Of a stretch of 64,000 nt of DNA, positions 25,458-37,779 are shown one piece after another (the first letter of the stretch is position 1; every line of letters begins with the position of its first letter). The stretch comes from Eledone cirrhosa (lineage: Eukaryota). The stretch is from positions 30,442,001 through 30,506,000 of the forward strand of contig OZ024741.1 in NCBI GenBank assembly GCA_964016885.1, written 5' to 3'. A model generated the notes under the pieces. That model was not told the origin of the DNA. It searched no databases and saw only the letters and a program-made list of their open reading frames with translations. The position numbers and the translations under genes were made by a program.

Positions 25458-26609
25458 ATGTTTCCTGCTTTCAGTGGTGGATTGTACCGTGATGATGGGC
25501 TCCTTACCCTTAAAGGATACGACTCCAGTAGTACAGATCGGGTCCGTAAACAATTAATCAGCTTCTTCCGCGACTGGGGATTTAAAATAACCCTACAAAC
25601 GTCCCTGACCCGAGTTAATTTCCGGGACGTTACCCTCGATCTCAATAATGACCTGTACTACCCATACAGGAAACCCAATGACAACCTGCACTACATCCAC
25701 CGCCGATCTAACCATCCCAGGAACATCACCAACAACCTGGTCAAAAACATCTCCCTCCGTATATCCCGTTTGTCAGCTAATGAGAAGATATTCGATGAAC
25801 ATGCGCCTTACAACAACCAGGCCCTCAAGCGGAGTGGTTTCCGGGAGGAAATATCCTACTGTCCAGCTCCCATTAGCGGAACCAGCAGGCGACACCGCCG
25901 CTCACGCAATGTAACATGGTTCAATCCTCCCCACAACGCTGAGGTGACAACTCCCATCGGGAACATTTTCTTTAGGCTCATTGAAAAACACTTCCCACCA
26001 CAACACCGCTACCACAACATAATTAACAAAAATACCATCAAACTCTCTTACAGCACTACACCTAACTTCGCACAAAACATCGTCTCCTCCAACAACAAAA
26101 AACTCAACCCCGATGGAAGAAACAACCTAAATAGCAGTGGAGAGCCGACTAGGAGGTGCAACTGTCCTGATAGATCCAGTTGCCCCCTCGACAACAGATG
26201 CAGAGACCGTAATGTGATCTACCAGTGCAACGTGAGCACAGACACCTCCAACAAAGCTTAAATAGGATTAACCGCATGCGACTTCAAGACCCGGCTATAC
26301 CAACACAGACATACCTTCCGAAACCCGGCCCGGCGTCACGCCACTACACTTTCGGGCCACATATGGGACCTCAAGGACAACAACATCAACTATGATCTCA
26401 CTTGGAAATTACTGTCCAGAGCCAATTCTTACACGGGAGGACGCCGTCCGTGCAATTTATGCTCGGAGGAAACATTACAAATGCTGTTTTCGACGGACCA
26501 ACTCCTAAACAAGAAAGAAGAACTTGTTACTGCATGTAAACACCGATTACGTAGGACTTACCTCGCCCTCAAACCCCATAATGACCGGGGGGGGGGGGGG
26601 GTAGACTAG
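25458..26609 (+). pseudogene. Penelope RT (C-terminal part) + GIY-YIG endonuclease, one in-frame stop
   Basis: GGLYRDDGL, FRDVTL, PYRKPN, WFNPP, IKLSYS, CNC...CPLDNRC, then A*IGLTACDFKTRLYQH. The copy at 55520 has TAT (Tyr) where this one has TAA. Confidence 0.9.
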
Positions 26610-27810
26610 GGCTATAACACCCCACTTGCCTATTTTGTATTGGGTAACCCCTGCTTGCCTATGGAGACGTAAGATCTTCTTTTACATTCTTTTATCGCTT
26701 CCTCTATATTTCTTCCTTCCCCCCATCCCTCCCTAGTCCTTCTACCCCAGTTCCCTTTCTTTGTCGTCGTCTTTTTCTCGCCCACCCGAGGTAGCCTATC
26801 GGTCCCTATAGCTTCAGCACCCCACCTCCTTCCCTATTCTATGATAGATGTGGCTGACTCCGCTTTTTATAGCAGAGGTGTTAGACTTCGGATACTCGCC
26901 CCCTTCTCCGACCGCTGTCCCCTTTTTCCGTGCCTTCTATATTTCTTAGTGGCATCTTTGCTTAAATTTCTCGTTTATCCAGTATCTCTGTTTTCTTTTT
27001 CCCTTTTTGTTGGGGGGGGTGTTCCTGTATTAATTTTCCGTTCTTTACTTTTACTTCGTACGATCTTTCATGTAGCTTGTATAAGACTTTTTGTTTCGTG
27101 GCGGTACCCTTAGAGTTAGCACTAGTATTTTTTTGCGAGACCCTGAATTATATTCTCGTACTAGTTTACTTTCTTGCATTCGGTGGTTGCTGGCCCTGTG
27201 TTTGGGGTAGAAACCTTTATTATTTTCGTGGTAGTCTCTTTAGTATTCTGGCCCCCCTTTTGTTGACCCGTCACCGTACGATACACGCACTTATACCTCG
27301 TATAAGGGTCCCTTAATTTCCGTCCCACCTAGTTTATTTCTATTATTATCATTTATTTTTTTATTCTACATTATATATATATATATATTTTTTTTTATTT
27401 TTTTTTTTTTTATTTTAAATTTATTTATCTATTCTTTTATTCATTTATTTGTTTATTTATTTATTTATGTATTTCTTCAGCCTAGCAATAGCAAGAGACT
27501 TAAATCTTAGTAACCAGATTTTGCTTATATTTTTTTTCTCTCTCAGTACCTTTTACAGTTTTACCTTTCATTGTTCTACTTACCATTTCGACGTCCTCCC
27601 CCTCCCCCTCCCCAGTATCCTCTTTGACCTCACACCCAGCTGTAGCTGGCACTACCAACGCATGAATGGGTCTACTCCACCCCCTCTCCCCTTTTTCTCC
27701 TACTGGCAGGTTTAGCTACCCCTTCCCCCACCAACTTGCCATCACAGATTTACTACTAACTTGTGATGTGACCAATCCTGGTGATTATCTCTTTGACCAT
27801 ATATGGAATT

Positions 27811-27905
27811 ACCCCTTGATAAGTTCGGCTATTTAAATACCAGAATTAATTTTTCATACAGTACAGAATTAGCCGTCGAAACGGCTTGAGCTCAGCCGTC
27901 GGGGT
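27811..27905 (+). ncRNA. Type I hammerhead, U3-A8 variant with enlarged stem II loop
   Basis: acccc-TTGATAA-gttcggcta...tagccgtc-GAAA-cggc(ttgagctca)gccg-TC-ggggt. Predicted cleavage after GUC at 27900. Confidence 0.72.
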
Positions 27906-27915
27906 CTTACTTGTT

Positions 27916-27997
<82 letters not shown>

Positions 27998-28329
27998 CAG
28001 TCTGCGGTACTCGGACCGGGAAAACCGCGAGTCGAAGAAGTACTCAATATACGGTAAGATGCGGAGCGTTTTTGGGGCGCTTTTAAAATATTGGGGAGCC
28101 CATCTTCTCTTCAGGTTTGAGCAAAGCCGATTTCTTACTGACAAAGTTAATGAGTGGAGTGGGGATAGTGATATAGAAGGAGAATCGATCTCAGTACTGG
28201 ACTGGTACTTTATTTCATCGAATTCGAATTGCTGAAATGCTATGTTTTCCTCGGCGGGACATGAGAAACAAATACCGCAAGGCATTTTATTCGATGTTCT
28301 AACGATCTTCTTATTCACCACCGTTATAT

Positions 28330-28510
28330 TGGATTGGCAGTATCGGTAGAGGGACGGACGCCATGCTTTGCAGCAAAGAGTTACGGCCCTTTATGGTCTG
28401 AGCTCAAATCCCGCTGAGGTTAACTTTGCCTTTCAACCTTACAGGGTCCATAAAATAAAGTACCAGTAATACACTGGGACAATTGCTGGCCTTGTGACTA
28501 AAATAGCAAC
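28330..28510 (+). mobile_element. tRNA-derived SINE remnant with a Nin-type central domain (octopus-like)
   Basis: A-box-like tggcagtatcgg; B-box-like gctcaaatcc; ctttgcctttcaacct...ataaaataaagtaccag recognised from memory of this SINE type. Confidence 0.6.
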
Positions 28511-29415
28511 AGTTATATATATATATATATTTGTTTATCAGGTCCCGCCGAGGACAATATAGTATTCAGCCTCGAATGGAATTGCATAATGGTGATAAGA
28601 AAAACAGCAAAACACATGTAAAAACGATGTTTAGTTTCTGTTTATATGAGAAAGAAATTCAAACATCCATTATAGTAGGGACGACTAATCTCGGCCATAA
28701 TCTCCCTGTATAACGGCTCTGTCTAACACAAGCTTTGTGGACAGCAGCTTCCTACATCAGCACATACAATTTAAATTTAAACCTGTTTAAGAATAACAAT
28801 AGCAAACATTTGAAATAAGGGTATGACATCTGACGATGGATTGTTATGTTTCCCAGGCATAATTATATACCTGTGTGATTTTGTGTATGTGCATGTGTAT
28901 ATGCCTTTATGTTCTCGCTCGCAACTACGTGTGTATGTATGAATTATGTATGAAGCAAGTTGGTATATTAAATGCAGGGAGGGTGGGGTTATTGGAAGAT
29001 TAACATTCTACTATATGTGTATACGATTTATATTGAACTGCCATCGTTGTCATACAGAGAAACTTCATATATTCAACGAAACAATGTATCCGTTACCAAT
29101 AAAACTGAAATTCTATTGAGCTACCGACAATGAAGAACGCTTTTAGCAAATTTTAAGTAATTATTTGGTAAGAATATTCAATAGGTTACACTGAATACAT
29201 AGATTCGACTTAGATGTTAGGAATACCGAGAGGTGATCATGCTTGTAAAGCATACCTTAGTTATGACCAACACTACCGCTGAGGCAACGGAGAAATTTGA
29301 ATTAAAGGAATTTCAAAGTATTTCTAATCACACACACATATATATATCCATCCATACGTCGATAGGCACACACACTTATATATATATATATTTATGTATA
29401 TATATATATATATAT

Positions 29416-30165
<750 letters not shown>

Positions 30166-30365
30166 CCGGGGTTCAATCGTGGGCAACCACAGAAAGTAAA
30201 GTACCCAATACAAAGCAGAGTATACACATTTAATATATAGAAGGCATCTGCAAGACTAGAACTGTTTTATTCGGGAGAAATCATCAGGAAAGCAGATGAT
30301 TTCTCCCGATCTCCCGAATGAAACAGCTCTAGTCTTTTAGAAGCCTTTTCTCCCCCCCCCCTCTC

Positions 30366-30426
<61 letters not shown>

Positions 30427-30995
30427 ATATATATTTCAATATATAAACAGAGAAAGCCTTAAGCGATACTCCGACCTACTCCATCTCATTCAACAAACAT
30501 TTGGATATACTTAAGTATTATCCCAATTTAGTGTGTGGGGTGCTAACTAATCAGTATTTTGTGGATAATTGGTTGTATTATTTTATATGAGACATTATTA
30601 AATAAATATCTCTTTCCTTCCAGACGGCCGTTTCGTTATAAAATTTCTACAATTTGGGATAAATAATTTGCTGGTTATGTAGAAACTTGTATATAAACCA
30701 TAGTTTTATACACAAGCGGGCTCTTATAAACTCATCAGTGGATGCCCAGTCAATAACTTATAAGAATTATATCGACATTAACAGAATGGTGATGGTCTCC
30801 CTCAGCGCTAAGAAGAGACTGGTAGATTAGAATCCAGTAGTTCTCCCAAAGAAAAAATACACGCTGCCCCCAGACGGCAAGAGGGAGGTCATCTTTAAGT
30901 AAAACAATATACACGCTGGTCAATTAAACCTGTTAGGTATTAACCACGTGTATAAGAACTCAATTGGAAATTTAAAAGAATAACCACATGTATGA

Positions 30996-31030
<35 letters not shown>

Positions 31031-31084
31031 TAGAAAATGAAAAAAAACGAGATGTCATACACGTGTGAAAGTATAAGAAAAATT

Positions 31085-31332
31085 GATGAAATCGAAAATG
31101 CAACTGGAGTCTATATTTAAAAATATGCATTTGCCTCCTTTACCGGTTTCGCAGTTCTTGTGCTTTTCAAAAGTAGAATTGGGATGGAGGGTTTGTGATT
31201 TGTATCGCATCTGGAGCAAAACCACAAACCCTCCATCTCAATTCTACTTTTGAAAAGCATAAGATCTGTGAAACCGGTGAAGAACCAAATAATTATTTTT
31301 AAATAAAGACTCTAGTTGCATTTTTGATTTCC
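31085..31332. repeat. Fold-back insertion with ~115-bp arms; family fragments at 44915-45050 and ~55080-55130
   Basis: 31085-31202 is complementary to ~31216-31332. Confidence 0.85.
31138..31173 (-). ncRNA. Minimal type I hammerhead, U3-A8 variant
   Basis: ctt-TTGAAAA-gca/caagaac/tgc-GAAA-ccgg-TA-aag. Confidence 0.62.
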
Positions 31333-31378
<46 letters not shown>

Positions 31379-31381
<3 letters not shown>

Positions 31382-31562
31382 CGAAGGAAGTCTGGTAAGG
31401 GACCAGGTAGGTCATACATAACGCACCAGAGTACTCAATACTTTGGGTAGTAGACTGGGTAATAAGAAAATGATCAAGGCCACGACGGCAGAGCTCAAGC
31501 CGTTTCGAAATAGCCATCGAAACGGCTTGAGATCTGCCGTCGGGGTCTTGAACATTTTCCTA
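31379..31562. repeat. Short asymmetric fold-back of the Penelope pLTR 3' end
   Basis: The long arm starts aacgaaggaag; the short arm ends ttttcctat; the turn is at ~31512. Confidence 0.8.
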
Positions 31563-32056
31563 TCTATATATATACAGATATAACAGTCAGATATAAATTG
31601 TATAAATAATTATTTCTAATTTTAAAATGTTTTTCTAATTTGTAAATAAATGAATAATAAAAAGAGAGACACATTAGAGCCATACAAACATTATGTTACG
31701 TTAAATAAGCCACCTTCTTTCCTAGTAAATTCATATACAATCACATGAAAATGTTTCTGTATCATTACACACCCACGCACATACATGCACATAGTGACAC
31801 ACACACACGCACATACACATACACACACACAGACACTCACAAACTTACACACACAAACACACACACACACATATATATATATGTATATATATGCTCACGC
31901 ATTGTGACACACACGTGTGTATATATATATATCCGTGTACGTATATATGTATAAATATATATCAATATTCGTGTACGTATATCTGTAATCAGAATGAATG
32001 GAGAATGTTATACACACACACTCACATATATATATATGTATGTATATATATATACA

Positions 32057-32089
<33 letters not shown>

Positions 32090-32352
32090 GCAGGTACGTC
32101 CATGTGTGTGCACAGCTGTAGGTGTTACTATTTGATTGTGTATGTAGTTGATAAATATACATTGCAATCGAAATATCGATGTAAACTTAGTGAAGCATTC
32201 ATAAAGCCTGATTAAATTGGACATAATTCATTGGACCGTTTAAGGAGTCTTTGACTCTCCCCCTCAGGCTAAAGGAATTGGTTACATACACACATACACA
32301 CAGGCGTATATATATACCCATATATTTATATGTATATACATGTATATGAATA

Positions 32353-32418
<66 letters not shown>

Positions 32419-33356
32419 ATGTATACATATATATATATATGTATACATATATATATATATACATATATATATATATTATACATTATAAATGTATACATAT
32501 ATATATATATGATTATGTGAAGGACATAATCTATATATTACGTTTCCAGGATTGTGAAAATGGTGGTGTATACGAAAACCATAACATTATTTTACTTCTC
32601 ATCTTTAATATTTCTCTGCACACAAGCTTCTATACCATACATAAAAAATACTTTACCAATACAACCCCCATAATACTCTTGATTGCCCGCTTAAAGTGCT
32701 TGTATTCCATATAACACCTTGCCGCACTATACTCTTATATAAATAAGACACACGTGCATGCTCCACGTGTAACTATTGCATACACTAACTACTTCAAACT
32801 ATCCTCTTGCATTATCTTCGTAAACTGCCAATGTTGTATTTTAACTTTAATTTTGTTGTAATTTTCGTGTAATATGACTTTAATCTTTGAATGTAAATTG
32901 CCATGCTAAAATATTATAATGGACGTAAACCCACTGTGCATCGATATATACATGTGTTGCTGTATGTCTCTTGTGTTGGAAAGGAGGTCATGTATGTAAA
33001 CAATCATTGAAAAATTGCTCCGAAGACACCAGACCTCGGTTTGGAAGAAACAATTGTAAGCTAATAAATGGTTAGAACAGAACTTTGATTCATGTAATTT
33101 CTATACATATATATATATACATATATATATATATATGTATATTGATATATATATATATACAATAGTACGCCATATTCGAAGTTCGATCAGCAGCCAAGCC
33201 AACGAATGCCTTTAGTAGTGAAGCCAAGCACTCGACAAGGAATAAACCTCAGAGTAATAACATACAGTTTAAAAGTGCTTGCAAATTGAAAATAGCGACC
33301 TCTAATTTAGCCGCGTGATCTGTACCAACGAAAGAACTGACTAGTGAGAAAAGGAA

Positions 33357-33392
<36 letters not shown>

Positions 33393-33430
33393 ACACACAC
33401 ACACACACACAGACACACACACACACACAC

Positions 33431-33547
<117 letters not shown>

Positions 33548-33832
33548 CATATATGTATATATATATATATTTCGTTTCTGAATTTGTTTAGCAATATTCT
33601 TTATCTGAAAACGTGTGTTGAAATCGATATTGTTATACTTTGGGAGTGTCATGTTGCCAATTATGTGTGACGAAAGAATGTTGACAATATATGAACAACC
33701 ATCCGCTTCTGGAACCAACCAACCAACCGGAAACTTATAAATTCTTAAATTTATAAATTTAATTTATAATAAATTGGAGTGTAGCAACTGGTGTGTGTGT
33801 TTCTTATTGGCAACATGACCCTCCCAAAGTAT

Positions 33833-33893
<61 letters not shown>

Positions 33894-33895
<2 letters not shown>

Positions 33896-34088
33896 GGAGT
33901 AAGTAAGACCCCGACGGCTAAGCTCAAGCCGTTTCGACGGCTAATTCTGTACTGAATTAGCCGTCGAACCGGCTTGAGCTCAGCCGTCGGGGTCTTACTT
34001 ACTCCTATTACCCACTCTACTACCCTAAGTATTGAGTACTTTGGTGCGTTATGGTCCACCTGGTTCCTTACCACTTTTCCCTCGCTAT
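33894..34088. repeat. Short asymmetric fold-back of the Penelope pLTR 3' end
   Basis: Short arm 33894-33950; long arm 33953-34088. Confidence 0.85.
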
Positions 34089-35007
34089 ATATACATATAT
34101 ATATATATTGAGAGAGAGATAGTTTAGATAATTCCATAGATAGATTGATATATATACATAAATACAGACACACACACATGCACACACCCACACATATACA
34201 TATATATATACACACACAGACACCCCCCCCCCACACACACATATATTTATATATATATATGTATATATGTATTAACAGAAATTAACCGACGTTTACACGG
34301 AAGGAACGTCGTTAAACAGACTAAACTGTTTCCCTGTTTGAAACCACCTCTTTAGAGGTGTGTGGTGAATTCGATCTATATCTTAATCATTGCCTGTTAT
34401 TCAGTGAATGAGATTCCCTAATAGTTGCATTTTAATTTTCTCAATACTGTAAACAACGATCCCGGATTCTTTAATTCACTCATAACTGAAGATGTGATAT
34501 GATGTACAGGTAGGACACTAAAACCAAATATTTGTCATCACATGGATGCATCTGACTTTGCCAAGTCTAAAAGTAAAAAAAAAAAAAAAAGCGAAACTCG
34601 TCACATTAGGAAGAATATCACGATTATGCCACCTATTTTGCTCCACTACCAGCGCATTGTGCCTCAAAAATACTCAACAACAGCTAAGCTGTTACAAACG
34701 GTTATAATCAGAAAGATATCTGACAGATTCCTTAAATGAGTTTGGTGCACACGTGCACTTCGAACTCAGGCGGCTGAATCAAGACAACATCAAACATCTT
34801 TCGTCTCTTCGTTTCAGATTTCAGATAATAAAATATTTCGTCGCTTATAAACGCATATTGCTGATTCCCTGTCTTCCTACTCTTCAGACATGACTCTATC
34901 CTGTAAGTTTGCGACCGATCGGGACATCAGGCTGCCTGCGAATGCTAAGCAGAAAGACTTTCCAACAGAAGCAATTCAACTGGCTTCGAAAGGTAGATCG
35001 AACAAAG

Positions 35008-35171
35008 GATTAAGTTTTAGTAGACACAAGAGAATGACTTAGAAGGAAGTTAGCAATTGTATGCCTCCACGTTACGCACCAACTTTATGCATATGGATTA
35101 TTGCGCAACGTGGAGGGATACAACTGCTAACTTCCTTCTAAGTCATTCTCTTGCGTCTTCAAAAACTTAAT
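35008..35171. repeat. Fold-back with ~70-bp arms
   Basis: agaatgacttagaaggaagttagca / tgctaacttccttctaagtcattct. Confidence 0.85.
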
Positions 35172-35343
35172 ATACATATATATATATATATATATATAGA
35201 ATATTTTAGTATCGTTTAAAGGGATAAGCGATACATATAGTTAGTTGCCAAAAGCTGGTGCGTTTGTTTTCAATACTTGTACCTACAGGGTTAAATACCG
35301 GAAGCGTTAATATTTAGTGGGCGAGAATATAAGCAGAGCGGTT

Positions 35344-35710
35344 ATAAATGAAAGGATTACAAAGGAGAATCCAGACTGTTAGAACATGCTTATACAAAAG
35401 CACCTACGTATGTTTCGCCCGAAAAGGCCTTCTCAGGGGCATACAAATCTAGAGAGTGTTCAATACAGAACCCAGAAGGGGCTTTAAGATGATAATCACA
35501 TCAACGTTCATGCTTGATTCAAACAGACATGCTACAAACAACCATGTGTGTTTGAATCAAGCATGAACTTCGATGTGATTATGATCTTAAAACCCCCTCT
35601 AGATTTGTATGCCCCTGAGAAGCCCTTTTCGGGCGAAACGTACGTAGGTGCTTTTGTATAAACATGTTCTAACAGTCTGTATTCTCCATTGTAATCCCTT
35701 CATTTATATA
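35344..35710. repeat. Fold-back with ~160-bp arms carrying a hammerhead-like motif
   Basis: Arms are complementary around ~35535. Confidence 0.85.
35611..35651 (+). ncRNA. Hammerhead candidate with atypical CUGAGAA core (mirror copy ~35400-35440 on -)
   Basis: gccc-CTGAGAA-gccc/ttttc/gggc-GAAA-cgtacg-TA-ggtgc. Confidence 0.55.
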
Positions 35711-35776
35711 TTTATATTCTGCTACGTAGCCTCCCCTGATTGCACACGGGATAAGCATATATATATATATATATAT

Positions 35777-35930
35777 AACGAAGGAAATGTGGTAAGGAAC
35801 CCGACGGCAAAGCTCAAGCCGTTTCGACGGCTAATTCTCGACTAAATATCTGGACTAACATTCTTATTTCGTATAGAATTAGCCGTCGAAACGGTTTGAG
35901 CTCAGCCGTCGTGGTCATACTTGTTCCTAT
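35777..35930. repeat. Short fold-back of the Penelope pLTR 3' end (tail internally deleted)
   Basis: aacgaaggaaatgtggtaaggaac joined directly to cccgacgg; inverted arm at 35876-35930. Confidence 0.8.
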
Positions 35931-36046
35931 ATATATAAACGGAAAAAAATGAAACGAAATTTCATTTCTCACTCTTAGTACGGCTGTTATTTAAATAAAG
36001 GAAAGTATATACTTTCAGACGTTCAACCATCTGTCATGAAGGTATA

Positions 36047-36087
36047 CGTTGCTGACGATAGCTAATGAGCTTGAAACTAGTACAGCG
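36047..36087 (+). ncRNA. Minimal type I hammerhead ribozyme
   Basis: cgttg-CTGACGA-tagctaatgagctt-GAAA-ctag-TA-cagcg. Confidence 0.8.
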
Positions 36088-36476
36088 TTCCTTTGTCAGT
36101 GTTGAACAAATGAGCAACGATGGTTGCTAGACACTGTACGGCTTAATTCGGGATGTTTGTTTACAAACACACCGAGCATTATAATAAATGTTCGGTGAAT
36201 CCATACGTACATATATATATGTGTGCATGTATATATATATATATACATACTACTGTACGTCTGTATACATATATTTATGTACGTATACATACTTATATTT
36301 AAGTAACAGCCGTACTAAGAGTGAGAAATGAAATTTCGTTTCATTTTTTTCCGTTCATCGTTTTCGGTACCCCGGCCGATTAACTCACTCAATATGCAAA
36401 TTAGGCTGCTCAGCCGTAAATATGCATGAGGAAAGTATATACTTTCAGACGTTCAACCATCTGGCAGGAAGGTATA

Positions 36477-36517
36477 CGTTGCTGACGATAGCTAATAAGC
36501 TTGAAACTAGTACAGCG
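36477..36517 (+). ncRNA. Minimal type I hammerhead ribozyme
   Basis: cgttg-CTGACGA-tagctaataagctt-GAAA-ctag-TA-cagcg. Confidence 0.8.
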
Positions 36518-36723
36518 TTCCTTTGTGAGTGTTGAACAAATGAGCAACGATGGTTGCTAGACACTACGGCTTAATACGGGATGCTTGCTTACAAACACAC
36601 CGAGCATTATAATAAATTCTCGGTGAATCCATACGTACATATATATATGTGTGCATGTATGTATATATATATACATACTACTGTGCGTCTGTATACATAT
36701 ATGTATGTACGTATACATACTTA

Positions 36724-36764
<41 letters not shown>

Positions 36765-37252
36765 TTTTACATAAATATATATGCTTGTGTTTGGACATTT
36801 ATACACATTTGCTTGTGTTGGTAATTTTGTGCATTGTTTCGCGCCATTATATATGTATTTCTGTGTACTTATTTCACGACTGGGCGTGCCCGTTTGTGAT
36901 GGTTTCTACGTATACAAGAAAATATATATCATGTACTAGTAAACATATTTGCTCCCCAAGAAAACAACAGAACTCTACTTACGTTTACCTACACCAATGG
37001 TTCCAATTCAATTTATTATTATATACATCATTCATGCTTTCAGGCAAAAATAAAATTTATCACTTGTAAGTAATACATATATGTTTCTTACTATTTCCTT
37101 TTCTATGTATGCCTTTATGTATTTCTCTACCTGTCTACCTATGTACAGGTAAATACATACAGACACACACGGACGATCACACAAAATAATATGCACACAT
37201 ATATATGCATGTTTTACAACATGTATACAGATACAGACGGTATACATACATA

Positions 37253-37289
<37 letters not shown>

Positions 37290-37294
37290 CTATC

Positions 37295-37354
<60 letters not shown>

Positions 37355-37469
37355 TGTGTGTGTGAATCTGTGTGTATAGTATTCTACTAAACAAGAGGTT
37401 GATGTTAACTTTAGTGGCGTTTTTAGTCAGGAGGAAAAAGAAGGTAATTTGATGTTTTAATAATAAAAA

Positions 37470-37770
37470 TAATGATTTCTACTTCAGAATCAAGGCCACT
37501 AATTTTGAGGGGAGTGGAAAATCAGTGTATTACTGGTACTTTATTTTATCGACTCCGTAAGAAGGAAAGGAAAATCTAACCTCGGCCCAATTTGAACTCA
37601 AGTAATAATAATAATAATGATTTGTGATTTAGGTTCAAAGTCAATACTTTTTGGGAGGGGATAGTGCGTTACTGGTACTTTATTTTATCGACTCCGTAAG
37701 AATAAAAGGCAAAGCTAATCTGGCGGATTTTGAACTCAGTACGTAAAGACCATAACTACATGTCTCAAAG
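37470..37770 (-). mobile_element. Two tandem SINE 3' fragments, same family as 28330-28510
   Basis: tactggtactttattttatcgactcc...tttgaactca occurs twice, each next to an (AAT)n-like tail. Confidence 0.65.
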
Positions 37771-37779
37771 CATTTATAA

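Larger units (their letters stand above)
24857..27917 (+). mobile_element. 5'-truncated Penelope-like element with an inverted pLTR copy at its 5' end
   Basis: RT C-terminus and GIY-YIG ORF at 25458-26609. 24937-25450 is an inverted copy of ~27410-27917. (TA)n on both sides. Confidence 0.9.
35938..37035 (+). mobile_element. Tandem-repeat element with two hammerheads (36047-36087, 36477-36517) plus a 55-bp inverted segment
   Basis: 36000-36297 is repeated at 36430-36725; 35938-35997 is inverted at 36296-36356. Confidence 0.78.
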
